Origin: an uncultured virus (IMG/VR IMGVR_UViG_3300020583_000016)
Lineage: Duplodnaviria; Heunggongvirae; Uroviricota; Caudoviricetes
IMG/VR virus record: IMGVR_UViG_3300020583_000016
Direction: 5' to 3' (one strand)
DNA: 20,000 bases
A program made the position numbers and the translations under genes. The notes beneath the pieces were generated by a model, which was not told the origin of the DNA, did not search any database, and saw nothing but the letters and a program-made list of their open reading frames with translations. Each line of letters starts with the position of its first letter. Position 1 is the stretch's first letter. Of this stretch, positions 7,665 through 14,773 are shown piece by piece.

Positions 7665-8515
7665 CGCATCACCAACCAAACCGCGGCGCCGATCAGAAGC
7701 AAAGGCATAAGACTTGAACCGCCGGTGATCGAACTGAGTGCGCTCGTGAGTCCGCCGCTCGCTCCGGACGGGGAGAAATCGAGGGTGTACGCTCCGCGCG
7801 TCGAAGCGCCGTAACTCGAGCCGAAAACTTGCGGAATCTCGGCAACGTACGGTCCCTGGGACGATTGCGATTGTCCCTGTACTGCGGCAACAATTCCGTT
7901 TGGTCCGGTGATGCCTGGCGTGAGTTGGTAGCAGGCGATGCAGCAACCGGCACCGATCGAACCGACACACGGTTGCTTGCCGGGAGTTTCCACCGGACAA
8001 CTAGAACCACTCGAGCAACCGTTTCGCCCGGGCTGAAGTTGCGGTGTAACCACAGTCCAGTAACCCGGCATCACCGTGGCAACTGCTTGCAACACTCCGC
8101 TTGCATCGATCTGTCCGGATTTGAAAGCGGATTGAATCTGGCGTACGTCCGCGTCGAAACCCTGCACCGCGATATTCACCGCGGAGTTTTCGTTTTTCGC
8201 TTGCTTGGCGCGGAGCTCGTGACCGGCGAGCAGGCCGGCGATGATTCCGACAATCGCACCCACACCGGCACCGATCGGGCCGGCAAAGGAACCCGCTGCG
8301 GTTGAAGCTGCGATCGCGCTCGTGCCTGCGGCTGCGATCGGCGCGGCTGCGCCGACAATTTGCGCCGCGGCGCCGAAGTATCCAAGCTGATAGATCGGGG
8401 TGTGTGGCGAGCGGACCGCGTTGCCAATTTTGTGATGTCTCCGGATCCGGTGACGGTCGAAATGCTGAACTCCCATCGAATGCAGGGGCGTGAGTGGTGC
8501 GGAAACGTTCGGCAT
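7661..8515 (-). CDS. Membrane protein with glycine-zipper helix, 6-Cys cluster and C-terminal anchor (284 aa); possible DNA-delivery protein
   Basis: TGATG overlap. Contains GPIGAGVGAIVGIIAGLLAG and CSSGSSC...PC...GCCIAC, ending LLLIGAAVWLVMR. Confidence 0.72.
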   Translation of the reverse strand: MPNVSAPLTPLHSMGVQHFDRHRIRRHHKIGNAVRSPHTPIYQLGYFGAAAQIVGAAAPIAAAGTSAIAASTAAGSFAGPIGAGVGAIVGIIAGLLAGHELRAKQAKNENSAVNIAVQGFDADVRQIQSAFKSGQIDASGVLQAVATVMPGYWTVVTPQLQPGRNGCSSGSSCPVETPGKQPCVGSIGAGCCIACYQLTPGITGPNGIVAAVQGQSQSSQGPYVAEIPQVFGSSYGASTRGAYTLDFSPSGASGGLTSALSSITGGSSLMPLLLIGAAVWLVMR

Positions 8516-9570
8516 CACTTTTTCCCCTTCATCATGAGAATCAGGGCGAGTACTCCACCGAGTGCAACCCATTCGTTGTTGAGGCCGGGAATGATGGTCT
8601 GCTCGGAAAGCCAAGCGCTAAACCCGCTCGTTGCCGGCACTCCGCTCGCTGATGCTGAAGCTTGCGCGAGTGAGACGCACGCGCCGGATCCCAGAGGATC
8701 GAGGGTGTAACCGCTCGCACATTGCGGCGCGCCGGCCGTCGGCATGCACGAACCGGACGGACCGGAGTTGATGTAACCGGGCGCGCACTGTGGCGGGGGC
8801 GAATCGATCAGCGAGTAACCCGGGGTGATGCCGGGAACAATCTGCCCCTGGCTCGGCATGTAGTCGGCCGGCGATGCTGCAACCGTGGGCGCCGGCGCCG
8901 GGCTCGCCGGCGGAATCGTCCAGGGCACCATGTACTGCGGCGCGGGTGTGGCTGGTGCCGGCTGCAGGACGGTCGAGGTTGCGCCGCTCGATCTCGATGG
9001 AATCGTTGTGGGCGGTTGGTAGTCTGGTCCGAAGTACGGATAGCGCGGCTCAATCGATTCCCCGGGCATCATTCCGTACGGCCGGCGAACTGCGATCGAT
9101 TGACCGACAGGAATTCCACTCGGTACCGCTCCGAGTCCTGCATAATTTCCGGGTGCTTCTGCATAACCGGGCGCGTGCTGCGTTTGCTTTCCGCGAACGA
9201 CGTTGGTTCCGCCGCTCGCGTTCGGCCGCGGCCGGGTTTCCCCTGGCGAGCGATAGACGTAATCCGAGTGGGTCTGTCCTTCCCTAAACGCGGTTCCGCC
9301 CCAATTCTTGTCCCAAGGACCTTTCGAGGTTCCCTGTTGTGGCAATTGCGAGTGACCACTCGGCCGGATTTGTGGGCCTTCGGAAAGTTCACTTGGTCCG
9401 AAGGGCCATCCACCACCACCGGGCGCCCAAGATCTCAACGAATCAGGTCCGATAAAGCCATGGTATTGACCACCCACCGGGCCGCCGGGTATCGAATGAC
9501 GCCAACCGCTCCACGCGAAATCGGGTGAGCTCGAGTAACCGCGGAATCCTGGCATGCGCACCCGGCTCAT
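8515..9570 (-). CDS. Gly/Pro-rich disordered protein with two C-x-x-G-Y..C repeats and C-terminal anchor (351 aa)
   Basis: ATGA overlap. Repeats QCAPGY...GSC and QCASGY...GAC, ending WVALGGVLALILMMKGKK. Confidence 0.72.
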   Translation of the reverse strand: MSRVRMPGFRGYSSSPDFAWSGWRHSIPGGPVGGQYHGFIGPDSLRSWAPGGGGWPFGPSELSEGPQIRPSGHSQLPQQGTSKGPWDKNWGGTAFREGQTHSDYVYRSPGETRPRPNASGGTNVVRGKQTQHAPGYAEAPGNYAGLGAVPSGIPVGQSIAVRRPYGMMPGESIEPRYPYFGPDYQPPTTIPSRSSGATSTVLQPAPATPAPQYMVPWTIPPASPAPAPTVAASPADYMPSQGQIVPGITPGYSLIDSPPPQCAPGYINSGPSGSCMPTAGAPQCASGYTLDPLGSGACVSLAQASASASGVPATSGFSAWLSEQTIIPGLNNEWVALGGVLALILMMKGKK

Positions 9571-9725
9571 GCTTCACCCTTCGAAACTACGATCGCGGCA
9601 ATCTGTTCGTGCGTGAGTTGCTCGAGCTCATCACCGGTGTGGAACTGGAATTGACTTTGGCGAAGCATTTCAACCGCGTCGAGGAAATCAGAAACCGGAT
9701 CCGAAGTTTGCAGGACGACGATCAT
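9567..9725 (-). CDS. Small hypothetical protein (52 aa)
   Basis: Start overlaps the upstream stop (TAATG) and stop overlaps the downstream start (ATGA), filling the gap exactly. Confidence 0.65.
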   Translation of the reverse strand: MIVVLQTSDPVSDFLDAVEMLRQSQFQFHTGDELEQLTHEQIAAIVVSKGEA

Positions 9726-10681
9726 TAGCGGCGCCCCATTGCGAGCAAGACAACCCCGCCGATCAAAAGCCACGGCAACCACGAACCGGTTGTAGTGAGT
9801 CCGAGTTGGCTGGAATAGCCCGCGGTCGGAAGTCCGTAACCTGGGGTGAGCGGCGTCGCAAAGCTCGCGTACGGTCCGGTTGCAACTACACCGGTCGGAG
9901 TTTGGATTTTCGTCGGCTGTCCCGAGGCCGCGGCGATCAGTGCCGGTGTTTCCTGAATGGTCGAGGAAACCAGCGAACTCCAATCAACCCCGTCATCCTG
10001 TCCAAGTCCGTAATGCGGCACCGTGGCGACGCCGGCGAGCCCGCGCAAACCGACTTTGCCGACCGTTGAAGGACTCGAGCAACCGCACCGACCGCCACAA
10101 CCGCAACCGCTGAGGTCCTGAGAACTCGAGTCGGTGAGGGACCACACTCTTTTTCGGTAGTAGATCGGGGGTTCTACACCGAACTGCGCATCGACGCGCG
10201 CGGCATCCATCGGAATCCACTGGCCGGAACCTGGCGGAACTTCTGCCTCGAGGTAAACGTGAGAAAACTCGTTGGGCTGGTTCGCGTCGGCTGCAATCGT
10301 CGCGAGGCGCGCCGGGTAACCAAGCGCAATCATCAGCGCACCGAGCAGCATCGAGATGTCGTCGCAATCGCCGGCGCGGATTTTAAGAAGTTCTTGTGGG
10401 GGATAAAGCTTTTCTTTTGTGACCGGATCTTTGGTGTAGCGAATGTTGCGCTTTACCCACTCGTAAACCGCATTCGCTTCCCCGATGTCGTTGTAGGGCA
10501 GGACTCCGCGCACCAAGTCGATCGCGAAACGAACGAACTGCGCATCGGATACCGCCTGGTCGACGAGTTTCCGCATGAGCGAGATGGTTTGTTTGGTGCC
10601 GGGCTCACCGGCAAGGAGTGGGGCGCGATACGCGAGGGCGGGATGCGAAACCGATGGTGAACCGAGAAAAATAGGGCTCAA
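9725..10681 (-). CDS. Transglutaminase-like (Cys-His-Asp) enzyme/cysteine protease with C-terminal membrane anchor
   Basis: VYEWVKRNIRY, GDCDD, FSHVY and WIPMDA match the transglutaminase-like superfamily triad. Ends WLLIGGVVLLAMGRR. Start codon is uncertain (TTG). Confidence 0.88.
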   Translation of the reverse strand: MSPIFLGSPSVSHPALAYRAPLLAGEPGTKQTISLMRKLVDQAVSDAQFVRFAIDLVRGVLPYNDIGEANAVYEWVKRNIRYTKDPVTKEKLYPPQELLKIRAGDCDDISMLLGALMIALGYPARLATIAADANQPNEFSHVYLEAEVPPGSGQWIPMDAARVDAQFGVEPPIYYRKRVWSLTDSSSQDLSGCGCGGRCGCSSPSTVGKVGLRGLAGVATVPHYGLGQDDGVDWSSLVSSTIQETPALIAAASGQPTKIQTPTGVVATGPYASFATPLTPGYGLPTAGYSSQLGLTTTGSWLPWLLIGGVVLLAMGRR

Positions 10682-10968
10682 CGATCACACTCGCAAGGGG
10701 GAAAGTTGCTTCGCGTGGCTGCATGCCGAAATTTCTCAATTCCGGTGATTCGCACCACGCGAAGCGGGGAGTCAAGAAGTTGGATCTGCGAATCGTTGTC
10801 ACCTTGCGGGATAGTTCCCTGCCAGGTCAACCGCGGGAGTGGTCCACCGAGTTCGCCACCGGTGTTCCACTCAGGTGCACCCGGCACCACTTTCGATTGC
10901 AACCCCTGTGGAAAACCTGTATACGTGGTTCGACGGCTGCCTTTGCGTGGGGTGCCGGTGCAGATTGC
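10682..10968. promoter_or_regulatory. Divergent intergenic control region
   Basis: Separates the minus-strand structural operon from the plus-strand operon. Contains TGTGGAAAA (10907-10915) and the inverted repeat ccggcacc/ggtgccgg (10881-10958). Confidence 0.55.
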
Positions 10969-12291
10969 ATGAAAACTGCCACCGATAATCCTGCTAATGG
11001 CCGTACCGTGGAAAAAACCACGGTGACCCGCGTCATTCCTACCGATTTCAATTCTGAAGATCGAAAGCTTCCGGATTTCTGGTCTTACATCGAAGGCCTG
11101 TCTACTGCCGATTGGGAACGGCATCTGCTTTACGTCTACCGTCGGGTTTCTGACGCCGGGCAGATGGTGCCGCTCGAGAAATCGAGTGGTTACATCGTGA
11201 TGGGGAACAATGTTCAAGTTTCGGTTGGCAACCGGGAAGAATTTGAATTCGCTCTGCAGCAGAAGTACGGCGGGGGCACCTATCGGCTGATTTTGAAGAA
11301 AGGTTCTGAACGGGTGGGCGATCACCGGATCTCAATCGATGGTCCGCCGAAAGCGGTGCAACCGGGAATCCTGGTCGACAATGCGCCGAATGTGAATCCG
11401 GTCACGCACTCATCGAACGACGTCGCGACAACCGCGATGAACCTGGTTGCGAACAAAGAAGCCGAAGCGGTGAACGTGGCAATCAATGCGCTCCGCGGCG
11501 CGTCTGAAGTGGTGCAACGTTTCAGCAGTGGAAATGCTGGTGGGGATGATGTCACCCGGGAATTTATGCGGGTGATGATCGCGCGCGCCATGAATCCGCC
11601 GGATCCGATGGACTCGATCGCGAAAATGCTCGGCATCTTTCAAACCCTGATGGGTGCCTTGAACCCGGGCGCTGCACAGAACCCGGTGATTCAACGGATC
11701 ATGGATAGTGCGCTCGATCGGCTCATGAATCCGGTTTCCTCTGGCGGATCGACGTCGACCACCACCGCACTCGTGCAAACTCTGCCGGCGATCGCGAGTC
11801 ACGTGAAAGAAGCGCTCACCGAGTGGCGGGTGGGGATGGAAGTTCAGCGCGACGTGATCATGCGATCACAACCGCAACAGTTGCCCGCGGGTTCGCCGCC
11901 TGGCGCGCCGTCACCGACCGTTCTACAACCGCCGGCGCCGGCCGCGGCGAAAGCTCCGGAGGGGCAGCAAGCTATGACGGTGGGTCCACCGCTTGAATTC
12001 ATTGAAACCAAAATTGTCGAGATCCTGGGCGAAACCCTGGGCGAACCGAACGGCGCGGACATTGCCGGCGAAGAAGTTTTTATGTTCCTCGATCGCATGG
12101 ATCCGCGGATTACCGCTCACTTGATCGGACTCGGGGAAGCAGGACTGTTTGAACTCTTCCAAACCCGGCCGATCCTGAAGCGAGCAACGACGAATCCGCC
12201 GCGGCTGCAGGAATTCATTCGCGCGTTTTTGAAGTACTCGAAACCCGAACCGCCAGCCGGAAACGGCGCGGTGACAGTGAAACCGAATTAA
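10969..12291 (+). CDS. Large hypothetical protein: N-terminal alpha/beta domain (YGGGTYRL), Met-rich helical middle, Pro-rich linker, helical C-terminal domain (~440 aa)
   Basis: Long ORF with protein-like composition from about MKTATD. The first 82 codons of the track ORF look non-coding, so the start is approximate. Confidence 0.78.
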   Translation: MKTATDNPANGRTVEKTTVTRVIPTDFNSEDRKLPDFWSYIEGLSTADWERHLLYVYRRVSDAGQMVPLEKSSGYIVMGNNVQVSVGNREEFEFALQQKYGGGTYRLILKKGSERVGDHRISIDGPPKAVQPGILVDNAPNVNPVTHSSNDVATTAMNLVANKEAEAVNVAINALRGASEVVQRFSSGNAGGDDVTREFMRVMIARAMNPPDPMDSIAKMLGIFQTLMGALNPGAAQNPVIQRIMDSALDRLMNPVSSGGSTSTTTALVQTLPAIASHVKEALTEWRVGMEVQRDVIMRSQPQQLPAGSPPGAPSPTVLQPPAPAAAKAPEGQQAMTVGPPLEFIETKIVEILGETLGEPNGADIAGEEVFMFLDRMDPRITAHLIGLGEAGLFELFQTRPILKRATTNPPRLQEFIRAFLKYSKPEPPAGNGAVTVKPN

Positions 12292-12400
12292 AAGCGGTCG
12301 AATCCCTGTTGCGGAAAGGAGCGTGCGGAGAATTGCCAGAGCCGGAACCCGGCGGTTCTCGGGAGAGTGGCCGCCGGCTTCTGAATTCGACGCATCGACG

Positions 12401-12607
12401 ATGACGGTTACCGAAACGTTTGCGGATAAGACACTCACGTGCGCCGGCTGTCGCAAGGAATTCATTTGGACGGCACGTGAACAGCAATTTTATGCAGAGA
12501 AGGGTTTCACCAACGAACCCAAGCGTTGTCGAGACTGCCGACGAACGAAAAAGATTGCCGGCGGTGCTCGCAACGGAAACGGCGCTCGCGCATCCCGCGG
12601 CCGGTGA
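12401..12607 (+). CDS. Zinc-ribbon protein (zf-trcl-like)
   Basis: DKTLTCAGCRKEFIWTAREQQFYAEKGFTNEPKRCRDCR matches the zf-trcl pattern as recalled. Confidence 0.85.
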   Translation: MTVTETFADKTLTCAGCRKEFIWTAREQQFYAEKGFTNEPKRCRDCRRTKKIAGGARNGNGARASRGR

Positions 12608-12791
12608 GTGTGCGTGTGCTCGCATTCGCCTGGCGTCTCAGGTGCTTCGCGAACTGCTGCTGAAAGATGAACTAGCGTTCGGCAAAACCCTTGTGATCGG
12701 TGTCGTATCAAGCCGGCTGGATGAGATTCAGGGCGAGCTCGAGCAGTTAGCCGGCATGCAACGGTTGTTTGAAACCTGGGTTGAGGGGTGA
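12564..12791 (+). CDS. Small helical hypothetical protein (start uncertain)
   Basis: Amphipathic helical C-terminal part. Stop overlaps the next GTG (GTGA). Confidence 0.5.
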   Translation: MLATETALAHPAAGECACARIRLASQVLRELLLKDELAFGKTLVIGVVSSRLDEIQGELEQLAGMQRLFETWVEG

Positions 12792-12850
12792 GCAGGTTCT
12801 TTCAGGCGATCCACAATTTTCTCGATCGCAACTATCCGAAAAGAGGTTCT

Positions 12851-13267
12851 ATGACGTTTCTTAAAAAACTCGGTTCCGCACTCGCGCAAGGCATCGCGCT
12901 CGCAACCGGTATGTGGCCGCTGGTTTCAAAGTTCTTCGGCGCCGGCGTCGCGGCATCGCAAACCGCGAATACGGTGGTGAACGATCTCACCGCGATCGGG
13001 CAAGTGGTGGTACAGGCCGAAGCAATGTTTCAGGGCACCGGCACCGGCGCGACGAAACTCGCCGCGGCTGCGCCGCTCGTTGCCAACGTGATCAAAACTT
13101 CTGAACTCGTTTCCGGTCACAAGATCGCAAACGAGACTCTATTCACACAAGCATGCCAGGAGATCACGTCCTCGGTTGCGGATCTTTTGAACTCGCTTGA
13201 CTCGACCTCTGTGCAAACCAGCGGGAAACCGTTGCCGGTTGCGCCGGCTGCTCCGACACAAGCGTAA
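12851..13267 (+). CDS. Holin-like protein (LL-H-type motif); alternative GTG start at 12788
   Basis: AGAGG RBS before ATG 12851. N-terminal hydrophobic helix and VVQAEAMF..TGTGATKLAAA motif, located close to the lysin-like gene. Confidence 0.55.
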   Translation: MTFLKKLGSALAQGIALATGMWPLVSKFFGAGVAASQTANTVVNDLTAIGQVVVQAEAMFQGTGTGATKLAAAAPLVANVIKTSELVSGHKIANETLFTQACQEITSSVADLLNSLDSTSVQTSGKPLPVAPAAPTQA

Positions 13268-13271
13268 GCGT

Positions 13272-13448
13272 ATGGCAAACGTCGAACCACTCAGTTCGGA
13301 AACTCTGGCGGATCTGAAACGCTACGTCCTTCAGACCAAGGGTGTTCTAGGTGCCATGCACCTTGAAACCATCGAATCGAAATGCCCGTGCGAAATCTGC
13401 GCGTGCATCCGGATTGCGATCTCGAATGAAAACGCGCCACACGCATGA
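13272..13448 (+). CDS. Small Cys-rich protein (58 aa)
   Basis: H...CPCEICAC motif and ATGA coupling to the next gene. Confidence 0.55.
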   Translation: MANVEPLSSETLADLKRYVLQTKGVLGAMHLETIESKCPCEICACIRIAISNENAPHA

Positions 13449-13642
13449 AGTTCTACCACGTCTTACACGGTGAGGTTGACGTCGATCGGGTTGTGTTCGA
13501 TCCGTATCCGCTCGCGGATCGCGAGTGTATGAACTGCAAAAGCAAACGGTTTTTCAGAGTGGAAGTTTTGTCCGAGGATGATCGAGTGCAGAGATGGAGT
13601 GCGATGTGTGAAGGCTGTAAACGGATCGTGGAACTGCAATGA
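13445..13642 (+). CDS. Small zinc-ribbon protein (65 aa)
   Basis: CMNC...CEGC with ATGA overlaps at both ends. Confidence 0.7.
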   Translation: MKFYHVLHGEVDVDRVVFDPYPLADRECMNCKSKRFFRVEVLSEDDRVQRWSAMCEGCKRIVELQ

Positions 13643-14061
13643 CACTGCTAGAAGCTCTGGCCGATTCGATCCAACGTTTCGAGGGTTGGATTCCGCCCGG
13701 CATGGATCCGAAGCTTCCCTTTGGTTCAACGTCCTGGCGAAACAGGAACCCGGGGAATCTGCGGCCGATACCGGGTTTGATCGTTGCCACCGATTCCCGC
13801 GGCTATCGGGTGTTCCCTTCCCTGGCCGATGGTTGGACCGCACTCACTAACGACATCAAAGCGAAGTTTGCCGGCTCGCACAATCTCACCGATGATTCGA
13901 CCCTGCGCAATTTTTTCGATATCTACGCGCCGTCCGATGATGACAACGATCCGAACAAGTACGCGCGCCAGGTCGCGACGTGGCTCTCTCGAGATCTCGC
14001 GATAATCATCGCGCCGGAAACCACACTCGGGTACCTGAAGCAAGTCGGGGGCTGGCGGTGA
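13639..14061 (+). CDS. Lysozyme-like muralytic protein (RNxNPGN family), putative endolysin
   Basis: Motifs FEG, SWRNRNPGNLR, GYRVFPSL.DGW.AL, TL..FF.IYAP..D.NDP..YA..V. Confidence 0.78.
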   Translation: MTLLEALADSIQRFEGWIPPGMDPKLPFGSTSWRNRNPGNLRPIPGLIVATDSRGYRVFPSLADGWTALTNDIKAKFAGSHNLTDDSTLRNFFDIYAPSDDDNDPNKYARQVATWLSRDLAIIIAPETTLGYLKQVGGWR

Positions 14062-14135
14062 AAGCTCGATGGTTCTGTATCGGTCTGTCGGTGGGGATGG
14101 GCCTTTGCGCGCTGATTCACCTGGCGATCTACTGA
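14058..14135 (+). CDS. 25-aa single-TM peptide MKARWFCIGLSVGMGLCALIHLAIY
   Basis: GTGA overlap with the lysin stop, and it fills the gap to the convergent M48 gene. Below the ORF track size cut-off. Confidence 0.5.
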   Translation: MKARWFCIGLSVGMGLCALIHLAIY

Positions 14136-14773
14136 TGAGTTTCACTCAGGAGCAAGCGCCGCATGTTCGTTATCCGGTTCGGTGTGATCGGGTGATCAAT
14201 CCCTAGCTGCCGAAACAAACCCGTGAGTCCAGTCGAAGTGTCCCCGGAATACATTTCCAGTCGACCGAAAGCGCCGGCCGCGGCGTAGGGGGAATAGCCG
14301 GCGAGAATCAGATGCCTAAAACCGATCTCATCGGCGCGCATCTCGCAAGCTACCTGATCTTGTCGGTTGTGCTGGCCGAAACATACGGAATCGATTGTGT
14401 GACCGAGTTCGTGCGCAACGATGAATGCAATTTCGTCCTCGTTGCCCATGAAATCCACCATCGCGGATGGAATGCAGACAATCGATAGTTGCGCGCTGGT
14501 GTGCGCGTTCGCGTTGATCTCTGATTTCGAGACAAGCGCAATAATCACTCGGGGTTCATGTTCTCGCATGGGAAGTAAGTTCTGACTCGCGCGGGCGAAG
14601 GCTGCAATCGAGGGGCGCGCCGGGTCGGGTGGATCTGCGAGGATTCCTCTCGGTTGTTGGTCGAAACTCGCAATCGTTCCTAGAACGGGGGCACCACAGA
14701 CGGTCGAAATTTGATTAGCGGTTTGTGCTGCCAGGGGAACGGTGAGAGTGAGAACGAGCAGAAGTGACTTCAT
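14129..14773 (-). CDS. Secreted M48-family zinc metalloprotease
   Basis: Signal peptide MKSLLLVLTLTVPLAA|Q. Motifs INA, EDEIAFIVAHELGH, EMRADEIG, AGYSP and HP....RI. Confidence 0.9.
   Translation of the reverse strand: MKSLLLVLTLTVPLAAQTANQISTVCGAPVLGTIASFDQQPRGILADPPDPARPSIAAFARASQNLLPMREHEPRVIIALVSKSEINANAHTSAQLSIVCIPSAMVDFMGNEDEIAFIVAHELGHTIDSVCFGQHNRQDQVACEMRADEIGFRHLILAGYSPYAAAGAFGRLEMYSGDTSTGLTGLFRQLGIDHPITPNRITNMRRLLLSETHQ

Noticed and set aside
7665..8614. Long N-terminal extensions of track ORFs 7254-8000 and 7661-8614 (likewise 6517-7323 and 9567-9983)
   Set aside because: They overlap upstream genes extensively. Internal starts give exact stop/start coupling.
8722..9528. 268-aa plus-strand ORF
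   Set aside because: Arg-rich antisense shadow of the GC-rich 351-aa gene.
6517..10681. PEP-CTERM/LPXTG/GlyGly-CTERM sorting signals
   Set aside because: The tails have a TM segment plus basic residues but no PEP or LPXTG motif, the proteins lack N-terminal signal peptides, and no sortase is present.
10678..11325. 215-aa minus-strand ORF apparently coupled to the transglutaminase-like gene
   Set aside because: It overlaps the better-supported plus-strand gene and has no protein-like motifs.
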